From assembly GCA_937876275.1 (NCBI GenBank), contig CALFIA010000016.1, positions 1 to 35,043 of the forward strand: a stretch of 35,043 nt of DNA, written 5' to 3'. Origin of the DNA: an uncultured Actinomycetes bacterium. Lineage in GTDB: Bacteria > Actinomycetota > Actinomycetes > S36-B12. The position numbers were made by a program, and so were the translations under genes. The notes under the pieces are model-generated. The model was not told the DNA's origin. It saw nothing but the letters and a program-made list of their open reading frames with translations, and did not search any database. Positions 9,676-18,027 of the stretch are shown here, in pieces; the first letter of the stretch is position 1; every line of letters starts with the position of its first letter.

Positions 9676-9749
9676 GGGGCTTTCGTCCGGGAATGAATTA
9701 TCAATACCCAAATGCGCCGCGTCGCTCTGAATATCCTGTGAGCGTGAGA

Positions 9750-10583
9750 ATGACCCCCAGAGCACTCGAGCTGCGTGATGCCTACGATGCGCAATTGCGG
9801 GGCCCTGCTGAGGTAGGAACTACCGAGACGACCTCGCATGATGCACCGCTCGCGCGAGCTCTTTTCAGCCCCGAGTTCGGCTTCGTGTCGTATACGTCAC
9901 TGGACGGCCTCGAGGGAGCCGAGCTGGACGAACTCATCGCGCGAACTATTGCGTATTTTCGCGATAACACCGAGGTGTCGGAATTCGAATGGAAGACGCG
10001 CGGTCACGACCTTCCTACCGACCTCTCTGAACGGCTCATTGCCCAAGGCTTCGAGGCACAGGAAGTCGAGACCGTAATGATCGGCGAGGTCAGCATGCTC
10101 GCCGAGGAACGCTCACTCCCCGCGGGCGTGACTTTGCGCCGCATTGGCTTCGATGACGATGGCACCCCGCAATCGCTCGAGCGCACGACCCACGATGTGA
10201 GCCGCATGATCGCGATGCAAGACGAAGTCTTCGGCCGACCTGCGCACCAGGATGCCGCCGAGTACGCGTCCCTTCTTCTCGATCAACCATTGATCAAGGA
10301 AGCCTGGATCGCGGAAGCTGACGGCGAGGTGATCAGCGCAGGGCGTCTAGAACTCGTTTCCGGCACGGAGTTTGCCGGGCTCTGGGGCGGAGCAACGCGC
10401 GAGGAATGGCGTGGGCGCGGTATTTATCGCGCACTGACCGCGGCTCGTGCTTGCTCCGCGCAGGCCAAGGGCGTGCTCTACCTGAACAGTGACAGCACCG
10501 AGTACAGCCGACCGATCCTGGAACGCGCCGGGTTCCTTGCAGTGACGACTACTACTCCCTATATCTGGCGCCGCTCCGCCTGA
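9750..10583 (+). CDS. GNAT family N-acetyltransferase
   Basis: The C-terminal half has the GNAT acetyl-CoA motif (WRGRGIYRALTAARA...ILERAGF). Start uncertain: ATG 9750 (MTPRALELRD) is preferred and ATG 9693 is possible. The listed 9537 start would overlap the divergent gene. Confidence 0.75.
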   Translation: MTPRALELRDAYDAQLRGPAEVGTTETTSHDAPLARALFSPEFGFVSYTSLDGLEGAELDELIARTIAYFRDNTEVSEFEWKTRGHDLPTDLSERLIAQGFEAQEVETVMIGEVSMLAEERSLPAGVTLRRIGFDDDGTPQSLERTTHDVSRMIAMQDEVFGRPAHQDAAEYASLLLDQPLIKEAWIAEADGEVISAGRLELVSGTEFAGLWGGATREEWRGRGIYRALTAARACSAQAKGVLYLNSDSTEYSRPILERAGFLAVTTTTPYIWRRSA

Positions 10584-10603
10584 CGGCAGAGCACAATCAC
10601 CGC

Positions 10604-11050
10604 ATGCACATCGAGCTTCGCGCCTGCGACGGGAGCGAGACGCTGCCTGAGACTCCCAGCGAGTTCGAGGACTGGGGAGAACGAGACGCGGCATCAGAGC
10701 CGATCGGTCTCGAGCGTTGGCTCGTGATCGTCGATGACGAAATCGCGGGCACGGTGAGTGCTCATCCGAATTGGTACGGCCCGACACCCGGCTCCAAGTC
10801 GATGAATATCGGCATCGGCCTGTTGGAGGAGCAGCGAGGCCGCGGGGTTGGCAGCATCGCTCAGCACATGCTGGCCGAGCTTCTCCACGAACGTGGCATT
10901 CACCGAGTCGAGGCATCAACAGATGTGCTGAACATCGCTGAGCAAAGAGCGCTGGAAAAGGCTGGTTTCACTTTCGAGGGCATCGCCCGCGGAGCTCAGG
11001 TGCGTGCGGATGGGCGACATGACCTTCAGGTGTGGTCGCACGTGCCGTAA
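10604..11050 (+). CDS. GNAT family N-acetyltransferase (RimJ/RimL-like)
   Basis: 148 aa with QRGRGVGS...HRVEASTDVLNIAEQRALEKAGFTFEG, typical of Acetyltransf_3-type GNATs. Confidence 0.8.
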   Translation: MHIELRACDGSETLPETPSEFEDWGERDAASEPIGLERWLVIVDDEIAGTVSAHPNWYGPTPGSKSMNIGIGLLEEQRGRGVGSIAQHMLAELLHERGIHRVEASTDVLNIAEQRALEKAGFTFEGIARGAQVRADGRHDLQVWSHVP

Positions 11051-11059
11051 CCTCGTCGA

Positions 11060-11665
11060 GTGCACGCCGCCCTGCCCGGACTCTTTGCCGGACTCAGCCT
11101 GATCATCGCGATCGGTGCACAAAATGCCTTCGTTCTCCGCCTTGGCCTCGCCCGCAATCACGTAGCGGCGGCGGTGGTCATATGCGCGGCGGCGGATGCA
11201 CTGCTCATCGCAGCCGGCATCAGCGGGCTTGGCGTGATCGTGCGCAGCATTCCGGTCGCCCTGATCGTGCTGAAGTGGATTGGCATCGCCTACCTCACCT
11301 GGTACGCCATCAAGAGCTTCCGCAGTGCTGCGCACCCTGAGGTTCTGCTTCCCGGCGACGAGAACACCCGCAGTCTGCGCACCGTGATCGCGATGACCCT
11401 TGCCTTCACCTTTCTTAACCCGCATGTGTATCTCGACACCGTGCTGTTGCTCGGCTCGATCGGCAATCAGTACCGACCGAATCAGTGGTGGTTCGCGCTT
11501 GGCGCCACGTGCGCGAGCATCCTGTGGTTTTGCACACTCGGGTTCGGGGCACGTGCTGCAGCGCGCCTGATGTCTCGACCGATCACCTGGCGCATTCTCG
11601 ACATCACCATCGGAGTCGTGATGCTGCTTATTGCAATCAGGCTCGTGTTCTCTGATCTCGGATGA
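11060..11665 (+). CDS. LysE/ArgO family basic amino-acid exporter
   Basis: 201 aa, about 6 TM segments. The N-terminus GLSLIIAIGAQNAFVLRLG is the LysE/ArgO signature. GTG start 9 nt after the preceding stop. Confidence 0.85.
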   Translation: MHAALPGLFAGLSLIIAIGAQNAFVLRLGLARNHVAAAVVICAAADALLIAAGISGLGVIVRSIPVALIVLKWIGIAYLTWYAIKSFRSAAHPEVLLPGDENTRSLRTVIAMTLAFTFLNPHVYLDTVLLLGSIGNQYRPNQWWFALGATCASILWFCTLGFGARAAARLMSRPITWRILDITIGVVMLLIAIRLVFSDLG

Positions 11666-11668
11666 GAA

Positions 11669-12220
11669 CTACCACCACTTCGTGGGGTAAGTGTCGTCGC
11701 CGAGAATCTTGTGCGCTCCCCACGCAAGGAATACCGAGGCAATGGCGGTGGCCAACAGGAGCGGATAAGCCGGAACCGCCACATGCCAGTCGCCTTCGGT
11801 GAGCACTGCCGCCATCGATACCGCCACGGCAGGTGCGTGGAAGCAACCGGTGGCATGCATCACGAGCAAGGTGAGAAGCGCGGCGATGATGGCATGGAAG
11901 AGTCGTGCCCCTGGCACGCATGCCATGCCCAGGCCGAAGAAACCCGCGACTACATATGCAGCGATCACGCGCAATGGTCGCGACGCAGGTGAATGCGCCG
12001 TGGCAAAAACGAGGGCGAACGAGACGATTGGCGGAACGATGAGCGGCGCAAGCGGGGTGCGCCCCATATCGAGTGTCGTGTAGATACCGAAGAGCAATGC
12101 CATACCGGCCGTCTCCACGAGAACGAGCGGAATCAAACGCTTGAGTGGTAGCCGCGTTGTTGCGTCAATCGGACGAATGCGCTGACGCCACCTGTCCTGG
12201 TCATCCTTGAGGTAAGACAT
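11669..12220 (-). CDS. HPP-family integral membrane protein
   Basis: 183 aa, 4-5 TM segments. Contains SPASRP..IAAYVVAGFFG and the FHAPA motif, reminiscent of the HPP family. The assignment rests on motif memory only. Confidence 0.55.
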   Translation of the reverse strand: MSYLKDDQDRWRQRIRPIDATTRLPLKRLIPLVLVETAGMALLFGIYTTLDMGRTPLAPLIVPPIVSFALVFATAHSPASRPLRVIAAYVVAGFFGLGMACVPGARLFHAIIAALLTLLVMHATGCFHAPAVAVSMAAVLTEGDWHVAVPAYPLLLATAIASVFLAWGAHKILGDDTYPTKWW

Positions 12221-12259
12221 GTGCCGAGGTTACTCGCGAGGGAGCACTAATCTTCGTCC

Positions 12260-12937
12260 GTGGCCAAGTCTCTCGAGGAGCTCGTGCATCCCACGTGGGT
12301 TCACGTGCTCGAGCACGAACGCGAGACCTTGACGGCAATCGGTGAGTTCCTGCGCCAGGAATCCGCCGCCGGGCAGGCGTGGTTCCCCGCCGGCAACAAC
12401 ATCCTTCGTGCCTTCATGCAGCCACTACCCGATGTTCGGGTGCTCATCGTGGGCCAGGATCCGTATCCGACACCAGGCCATGCAGTAGGGCTGTCCTTCT
12501 CTGTCGCGCCCGATGTTCGGCCGATCCCACGGAGCCTGCAGAACATCTATAAGGAACTCGAGTCCGATCTCGGCATCGCTCGTCCGTCCAATGGCGATCT
12601 CTCAGCGTGGGCCGAACAGGGCGTACTCCTGCTCAACAGAGTGCTGACAGTGCGATCAGGCGAACCTGGCAGTCACCGCGGCATCGGCTGGGAGCGCATC
12701 ACCGATGCAGCAATTGCAGGTTTGGTGTCACGCGACGACGAACCGCTAGTGGCGATCTTGTGGGGCAAGGATGCACAGAGTCTCGAGCCTGCACTGCCCG
12801 ATGTGCCGCTGATCATCAGTGCGCACCCGAGCCCGATGTCGGCCGATCGAGGCTTTTTCGGCTCGAAGCCATTCAGCAGTGCCAATGAGTACCTGGAGGA
12901 CCTCGGCGGAGATCCGATCGACTGGTCGCTGAGTTAA
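12260..12937 (+). CDS. ung: uracil-DNA glycosylase, family 1
   Basis: Catalytic water-activating loop [22 protein letters not shown], plus LLLNRVLTV and the leucine-loop HPSPMSA. GTG start. Confidence 0.93.
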   Translation: MAKSLEELVHPTWVHVLEHERETLTAIGEFLRQESAAGQAWFPAGNNILRAFMQPLPDVRVLIVGQDPYPTPGHAVGLSFSVAPDVRPIPRSLQNIYKELESDLGIARPSNGDLSAWAEQGVLLLNRVLTVRSGEPGSHRGIGWERITDAAIAGLVSRDDEPLVAILWGKDAQSLEPALPDVPLIISAHPSPMSADRGFFGSKPFSSANEYLEDLGGDPIDWSLS

Positions 12938-13278
12938 AGCAACTCTGCAGCGTCGATGCGGGCCATCACGTCGCGATGCGTGACGCGATCGGCCACGAAT
13001 GACATGAACGGGATCGTTCCCGCCAGCAGAATGCCGACAGTCTTGAGCACTCCGTAGCGCATGTGGAATGCCAGATCGACACCGACGATCAGGTAGATGA
13101 AGTACAGCCAGCCGTGCGCGATCCAGAGATAGCCGTAGAGGGCCGGGCGTGCCTCCGGATTTCCGTAATCCCAGAACAGGCGGCCGAGCACGAGCCACAC
13201 GAAGGCGGTAGCGAGCACGACGCCGGTGACCCAGGCCATGACCCGGAAACGAAGAGCGGCTCCACGAAGCTTCTGCAT
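12934..13278 (-). CDS. DUF3817-type small membrane protein
   Basis: The internal ATG at 13278 ([17 protein letters not shown]...) gives 114 aa with 3 TM segments and the HGWLYFIYL...[10 protein letters not shown] pattern. The longer listed ORF would run into the upstream kinase gene. Confidence 0.65.
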   Translation of the reverse strand: MQKLRGAALRFRVMAWVTGVVLATAFVWLVLGRLFWDYGNPEARPALYGYLWIAHGWLYFIYLIVGVDLAFHMRYGVLKTVGILLAGTIPFMSFVADRVTHRDVMARIDAAELL

Positions 13279-13288
13279 GCTCACGAGC

Positions 13289-14203
13289 CTAGTAGCCCGG
13301 AACTTCGCCTGTGCGCGGCGGATCCGCGCCCGGACGCTGGCAGGTAATCCCGGCGACGGCAATGCCGTAACGAGCCGCGCTGACAACCTTGTCAGTATCG
13401 CGGACGTCATTGCGGGTAAGCCCACGATGCATCCACTCGGCGAGGAATCCGCCGCTGAAGGAATCACCCGCACCAACCGTGTCGACGACGGGCACCTTTG
13501 GCACTTCGAGCACGACCTCGTCAGCCCCGTTCAGCACGCGCACCGCCTTGGCACCGTCAGTGAAGAGAACGACAGCGCCGCTCTGCACCTGAAGCGCACG
13601 TGCAGCTTCGACAAGATCGACTCCGGGGAACATGAACTCGAGATCGTCACCGCTCACCTTGACGATGTCGGCGCGAGCGAGCACGGAGTCAAGGGTCGAA
13701 CGAAATACATCAGACGTGGTCATGACACTCGGACGGCAGTTCGGATCGATCATGACGATGCGGTCATCAGGAGACGCGGCGACCACTGCGCGAGTTGCAT
13801 CGGCCAGCGGCTGCAGGACAAGGCCCAAGGTTCCCGCGTGCACGACACGACAGTCGGCGCCCACAGCGGCGAGGGCCTGCTCAGGATTCACGGCGGCTGC
13901 CGACGTGCCCTCCATCATGAATCGGTAGGTCGCAGCACCATGCTCATCAATCTGCGCGATGGCCAACGTGGTGGGCTCGTGCACCTGGGCACCGAGCGCA
14001 TACGTCACCCCATCATCGGAGAGCAGGCGCATGATGCGGCCACCGAAGGCATCAGTCGAGACACCACCGAGAAAAGTCGTGTCGATACCCAGACGCGCAC
14101 AGGTGCGCGCGGTGTTGAGCGGGGCTCCGCCGACAACCGAGGTCACGTTGCCCGTGGGGTCGACGATGATGTCGACCAGGGCCTCACCAATGACAGTAAT
14201 CAT
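13289..14203 (-). CDS. PfkB-family carbohydrate kinase (fructokinase-like)
   Basis: The ATG at 14203 (MITVIGEALVDIIV..GGAPLNTA) carries the N-terminal PfkB motif, and the C-terminal VDTVGAGDSFSGGF is the ATP/anion-hole motif. The upstream 84 codons of the listed ORF overlap the SURF1 gene. Confidence 0.85.
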   Translation of the reverse strand: MITVIGEALVDIIVDPTGNVTSVVGGAPLNTARTCARLGIDTTFLGGVSTDAFGGRIMRLLSDDGVTYALGAQVHEPTTLAIAQIDEHGAATYRFMMEGTSAAAVNPEQALAAVGADCRVVHAGTLGLVLQPLADATRAVVAASPDDRIVMIDPNCRPSVMTTSDVFRSTLDSVLARADIVKVSGDDLEFMFPGVDLVEAARALQVQSGAVVLFTDGAKAVRVLNGADEVVLEVPKVPVVDTVGAGDSFSGGFLAEWMHRGLTRNDVRDTDKVVSAARYGIAVAGITCQRPGADPPRTGEVPGY

Positions 14204-14964
14204 GATGGGGAAACCGTAGTGGAATCCGCCTGATTCGGGTCCACGGTGGGTCGAGCATCCAGGCGTAGCCAGCGCACATAGGCGAACACCACGAAGAGGG
14301 CGAAGATCCACCACTGGAAGGCGTAGCCGAAGTTCTGCAGGGGGAAGGCGACATCGGAGGTCTGCACCGTCGCAGGAACCGGAGTCGGGGCAGGGCTCGA
14401 ACTCGGGCTTTGAGTTTCCAGGTTGAGGTAGCCGGCACGGGTCGGGAGGTTCCACCTGGTGCCCAGCGCCGTACCGGAGATTGCCGCCACGCTGCCCGAT
14501 TGCGCCTGTGCATCAGCGTAGAACGACTCGTCCGGGGTGTACGTGCCCTGCACGGTGACCTGGCCAGTAGGCGGTACGAAGCCCGGAGCGCTCGCATTCG
14601 GCAGCCACCCCCGATTGATGGCGACGATAGTGCCGTCGGCGAGCTGCAAGGGGGTCACGACCCAGATACCGGAGGCGTCCTTATAGACGCGATTTGTCAC
14701 TGACACCTGACGGTCGGCGAGGTAGGTGCCCGTCGCGATGATCTGTCGCCCGATGTCGGCGCCATCGATCTCCTCGCCAGGTGCCGCGACCTCAGTCACC
14801 GAGATCGGAGCACCCTGCGCAGCGCGTTCCGCAGCGAGGATGTCCTGAGTGCGCTCCCACTGCCAGCGTCCGAGAAGAGCACAACCGACGACAAGCATGA
14901 TGGCGAGAATTCCCAGCGCGATCCAGCGCGGGGTAAAGGCGAGACGCAGCATGCGGCTAGCCAT
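14200..14964 (-). CDS. SURF1-family (cytochrome oxidase assembly-like) membrane protein
   Basis: N-terminal TM plus GRWQWER, central INRGWLP, C-terminal TM (YAFQWWIFALFVVFAY): the SURF1/Shy1 pattern. Start is ATG 14964 or 14952. The stop overlaps the pfkB-like start (ATGA). Confidence 0.8.
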   Translation of the reverse strand: MASRMLRLAFTPRWIALGILAIMLVVGCALLGRWQWERTQDILAAERAAQGAPISVTEVAAPGEEIDGADIGRQIIATGTYLADRQVSVTNRVYKDASGIWVVTPLQLADGTIVAINRGWLPNASAPGFVPPTGQVTVQGTYTPDESFYADAQAQSGSVAAISGTALGTRWNLPTRAGYLNLETQSPSSSPAPTPVPATVQTSDVAFPLQNFGYAFQWWIFALFVVFAYVRWLRLDARPTVDPNQADSTTVSPS

Positions 14965-15223
14965 CGGCAGGCTTGGGCTCCTCAGCCTTTTCGGCCTCTT
15001 CTTCGCCACGCTCTTCCGCTTCCTCCGTGTAACGCTCATCGGCCTGACGACGCAGGTCTGCACGACCGGGAGGAAGGTTCGAGTCGATCTTCTTCAGCTG
15101 CTTGTTCATCGACTTCCAGATGATGAAGACGGCGATGCCGAGCAGCAGGAAAAACAGGCCCGCGAGCGGACCCGCCCCGTCGATGACGGAGTTGAGGTCA
15201 TCGGTGGCATCGGCGAAGATCAT
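14957..15223 (-). CDS. small membrane protein (88 aa), one TM helix, acidic Glu-rich tail
   Basis: ATG 2 nt after the mca stop, with GAGG 6 nt upstream. TM segment AGPLAGLFFLLLGIAVFIIW, then the tail ..ERYTEEAEERGEEEAEKAEEPKPADG. It sits where an 88-aa ORF follows mca in mycobacteria (from memory). Confidence 0.6.
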   Translation of the reverse strand: MIFADATDDLNSVIDGAGPLAGLFFLLLGIAVFIIWKSMNKQLKKIDSNLPPGRADLRRQADERYTEEAEERGEEEAEKAEEPKPADG

Positions 15224-15225
15224 TG

Positions 15226-16089
15226 TTACCTCAGTCCTGCGAAAAGGTCGGTCTCGGGAATATCAGTCTCCACCAAGGAGCGAGCAAGTTCGAAATCCTC
15301 CGTTGGCCACACCGACTTCTGGAGTTCCATCGGCACGGCAAACCATTGGCCGTCAGGATCAATCTGAGTCGCATGTGCCATGAGCGCGCGATCACGCACC
15401 TCGAACCACGCTGAGGCATCAATCCGAGTGGTGATGCGCGAGGCAGCATCAGGTCGCTCTTCCCAGTTCTTCAGCCAGTCGTGATACGGCGAATCAAGAT
15501 CCTGATCGATCATCGCCATGTGCAAGGCAGTAACTCTCGCCTTGGTGAACTGCTGGTTGTAGTAGATCTTCTGTACCTGCCAAGACGCGCCAAGGTCGGG
15601 GCGATACGACTCGTCTGCGGCAGCATCGACTGCGCTCATCGTGATCTCGTGCGTGCGCACGTGATCAGGGTGCGGGTAACCGCCATTCTCGTCGTAGGTG
15701 GTGATCACCTGCGGACGGAATTCACGAATGTGCCGAACAAGTGACGGCGTGACCTCGGCGAGCGGTAGATCGGCGAAGCAGCCAGGCGGCAACGGGGGAA
15801 GTGGATCACCCTCCGGGTATCCGGAATCGGGAAAGCCGAGCCAGGCGTGACTCACGCGCAAGATTGCGGCGGCATTGGCCATCTCGCGGCGGCGCACCTC
15901 TTCGAGCCCAAGCTCGTCAACCGCAGCCTGGGCCTTGGGGTTCAGCACGTCACCGCGCTCACCGCCTGTGCAGGTCACGACCATGACGTCAACGCCCTGC
16001 TCGACATACATCGCGGTCGTGGCTGCGCCCTTGCTCGACTCGTCGTCGGGATGCGCATGCACGGCCATCAGGCGCAGAGCGGAGGTCAC
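15226..16089 (-). CDS. mca: mycothiol S-conjugate amidase
   Basis: LRLMAVHAHPDDESSKGAATT..VVTCTGGERGDVLNP..TTYDENGGYPHPDHVRTHE..HATQIDP..WPTEDFELA matches M. tuberculosis Mca nearly block for block as I remember it. GTG 16089 gives an N-terminus (VTSALRLMAVHAHPDDE) that matches the remembered M. tuberculosis Mca N-terminus better than the listed ATG 16161, which adds 24 unmatched residues. Confidence 0.9.
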   Translation of the reverse strand: MTSALRLMAVHAHPDDESSKGAATTAMYVEQGVDVMVVTCTGGERGDVLNPKAQAAVDELGLEEVRRREMANAAAILRVSHAWLGFPDSGYPEGDPLPPLPPGCFADLPLAEVTPSLVRHIREFRPQVITTYDENGGYPHPDHVRTHEITMSAVDAAADESYRPDLGASWQVQKIYYNQQFTKARVTALHMAMIDQDLDSPYHDWLKNWEERPDAASRITTRIDASAWFEVRDRALMAHATQIDPDGQWFAVPMELQKSVWPTEDFELARSLVETDIPETDLFAGLR

Positions 16090-16159
16090 ACCGCTAGTCT
16101 CCCAAGTGCACGCCAGAGCCGCCACGCGACCCCAGCAGGGACGCCCGAGACGAGGATCC

Positions 16160-16618
16160 ATGCCCAGCCCCTACCGCGCGAACCAGCTCAGCCCGACGAT
16201 GCGGGCGCGCTACGGCATGGATCGAAGCAATTGGCGCACGATCAGCCTGGTCGTCGTCGTGGTTGCCATCTTCTTCGGCGCCGTCGCCTGGGCCACGTTC
16301 AATCTGGGTCGTGAATCGGTGCAATCGCGTCTGCTGACATGGACGGTGACTGCGCCTGATCAGGTCACCCTCGAATTCGAGGTGCTCAATCCCGAAAATG
16401 AGCCAGCTATCTGCGTGGTCCGCGCCCAGGACGCCAAGCACATTGATGTTGGTTACAGCCAGGTGCAGGTCGCCCCGAGCACCGGTTACGTCCGCGTCCC
16501 CTACGAACTCACCACGCTCGCCCCCGCGTTTGCCGTGGAACTTCTCGGCTGTGCGTCAGGCAGCGCACCGAATGTCTCGCCCCCTAACTTCCCTCCGGGA
16601 GTTGCTCCACCGAAGTAG
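16160..16618 (+). CDS. DUF4307 membrane-anchored protein
   Basis: The ATG at 16160 (MPSPYRANQLSPTMRARYG..) is followed by one TM segment (ISLVVVVVAIFFGAVAWATF) and a beta-rich domain. It lies between mca and greA, as the Rv1081c-type gene does. Confidence 0.7.
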   Translation: MPSPYRANQLSPTMRARYGMDRSNWRTISLVVVVVAIFFGAVAWATFNLGRESVQSRLLTWTVTAPDQVTLEFEVLNPENEPAICVVRAQDAKHIDVGYSQVQVAPSTGYVRVPYELTTLAPAFAVELLGCASGSAPNVSPPNFPPGVAPPK

Positions 16619-16657
16619 CGGCTGCGCATTGGAGCCACTGCATTACCCTTGACTCCC

Positions 16658-17146
16658 ATGAGCACTGACGTGACCTGGCTGACCCAGGAGGCATTCGACG
16701 GTCTGCAGGCAGAACTTGCTGACCGCGAGGGGCCGCTGCGCCTGGAGATCACCACCCGCATTTCCCTGGCCCGCGACGAAGGCGACCTCAAGGAGAACGG
16801 CGGCTATCACGCTGCCCGCGAGGAGCAGGGAAAGAACGAGGCACGTATCCGGGTGCTCAAGCACCTGCTCGAGAACTCCAAGGTCGGCGTTCCCGAGGCG
16901 GCGGAGGACGAAGTCGCCCAGGGCAAGGTCGTGACCGTGCGGATTGTCGCGCTCGACGAGGAGATGACCTTCCTGCTTGCGTCACGCGAAGAGGCAGCAA
17001 CGGCCTCCATCGACGTTTACTCCCCTACTTCACCGCTGGGTCAGGCCGTGCTCGGCAAGCGCGTGGGCGAATCAAGCTCGTACGAGCTCGCCAATGGCAA
17101 GACCATGGAGGTCGAAGTCCTCAAGGTCGAGGCGTACGCGCACTAA
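16658..17146 (+). CDS. greA: transcription elongation factor GreA
   Basis: VTWLTQEAFDGLQAEL...DEGDLKENGGYHAAREEQGKNEARIRVL..YSPTSPLGQAVLGKRVGE. ATG 16658 aligns with mycobacterial GreA; the listed 16649 start is a TTG. Confidence 0.93.
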   Translation: MSTDVTWLTQEAFDGLQAELADREGPLRLEITTRISLARDEGDLKENGGYHAAREEQGKNEARIRVLKHLLENSKVGVPEAAEDEVAQGKVVTVRIVALDEEMTFLLASREEAATASIDVYSPTSPLGQAVLGKRVGESSSYELANGKTMEVEVLKVEAYAH

Positions 17147-17178
17147 CGGCTTCTGGTGCGCCCGAAAGTGCGCTCCGA

Positions 17179-18027
17179 CTAACGACTCGTAGTGCGCGTG
17201 TACTTGCGAACGGCGAGGGTCGCGAAGATCGCGATGAGCACGGCGCATGAGATCAGCGTGTAGAGCGACGCATGCTGAAGCGGCCAGTAGTCGGGTTGGA
17301 TTCCTGTCGGGTTTCCGAACAGTTCGCGTGAGGCCAGTACGACTGTTGAAACCGGGTTATACGCGGCAAACGCCTGCAACCAGGTTGGCATCGACGAAAT
17401 CGGCACGAAGGCATTCGACAAGAAGGTCAGCGGGAACAGCCAGGCCAACCCCGCGGTATTCGCCGTCTCCGGGTTAGGCATGTGCAGGCCGACCCAGGAT
17501 CCGATCCACGCCACCGTGTAAGCGAAGAGAAGCAGGAGCGCGTAGGCACCGATTGCCGGGAGCAGGCCGTTGCTGATGCGCCAGCCAACTATGAATCCGG
17601 TGATACTCAGCACGAAGAGCACCAGAATCTGTCGCACTGCATCGGCGAGAGTGCGGCCGACGAGAACTGCCGGCGGCGACATCGGGAGTGCGCGGAAGCG
17701 ATCGATGATGCCCTTGTGCATGTCTTCGGCAAGACCGACGGTGCTCGCTGCGGCAGCGAAGGCGACTGTCTGCCCGAAGATGCCGGGCATGAGGTAGTTG
17801 CGATACGCATCGGCGCCTGCATCACCAGGGATGGGGATAGCTCCGCCGAACACGTAGGCGAACAGCAGCACGAAGATGACCGGCTGCACCAGGGAGAAGA
17901 AGAGCATCTCGGGGATGCGCACGGTCTGAATGAGATTGCGCCGTGCCACGACAAGACCATCGTGGATAGTCCAGCCCAGCAGCGGTCGGCGCATCATCTG
18001 CGGCGTGCCCATGGTCAGCGTTGCCAT
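17179..18027 (-). CDS. ABC-2 type exporter permease (DrrB-like)
   Basis: 282 aa, 6 TM segments, ABC-2 topology. The start overlaps the ATPase stop by 1 nt. Confidence 0.85.
   Translation of the reverse strand: MATLTMGTPQMMRRPLLGWTIHDGLVVARRNLIQTVRIPEMLFFSLVQPVIFVLLFAYVFGGAIPIPGDAGADAYRNYLMPGIFGQTVAFAAAASTVGLAEDMHKGIIDRFRALPMSPPAVLVGRTLADAVRQILVLFVLSITGFIVGWRISNGLLPAIGAYALLLLFAYTVAWIGSWVGLHMPNPETANTAGLAWLFPLTFLSNAFVPISSMPTWLQAFAAYNPVSTVVLASRELFGNPTGIQPDYWPLQHASLYTLISCAVLIAIFATLAVRKYTRTTSR

Noticed and set aside
14204-14455. N-terminal extension of the PfkB kinase ORF; similar extensions occur at 13279-13476 (DUF3817), 16090-16161 (mca), 19866-19955 (DUF2786), 29450-29545 (msiK) and 32868-33005 (galT).
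   Set aside because: The extensions overlap the upstream gene or the divergent promoter. Family-typical N-termini begin at the internal starts I used.
17152-17178. Possible terminator between greA and the ABC permease (ggtgcgc-ccgaaagt-gcgctcc).
   Set aside because: The two GTGCGC copies are direct rather than inverted. Only a 4-bp GCGC stem plus two outer pairs across a T-T mismatch can form, and there is no T-tract. This is too weak to call.
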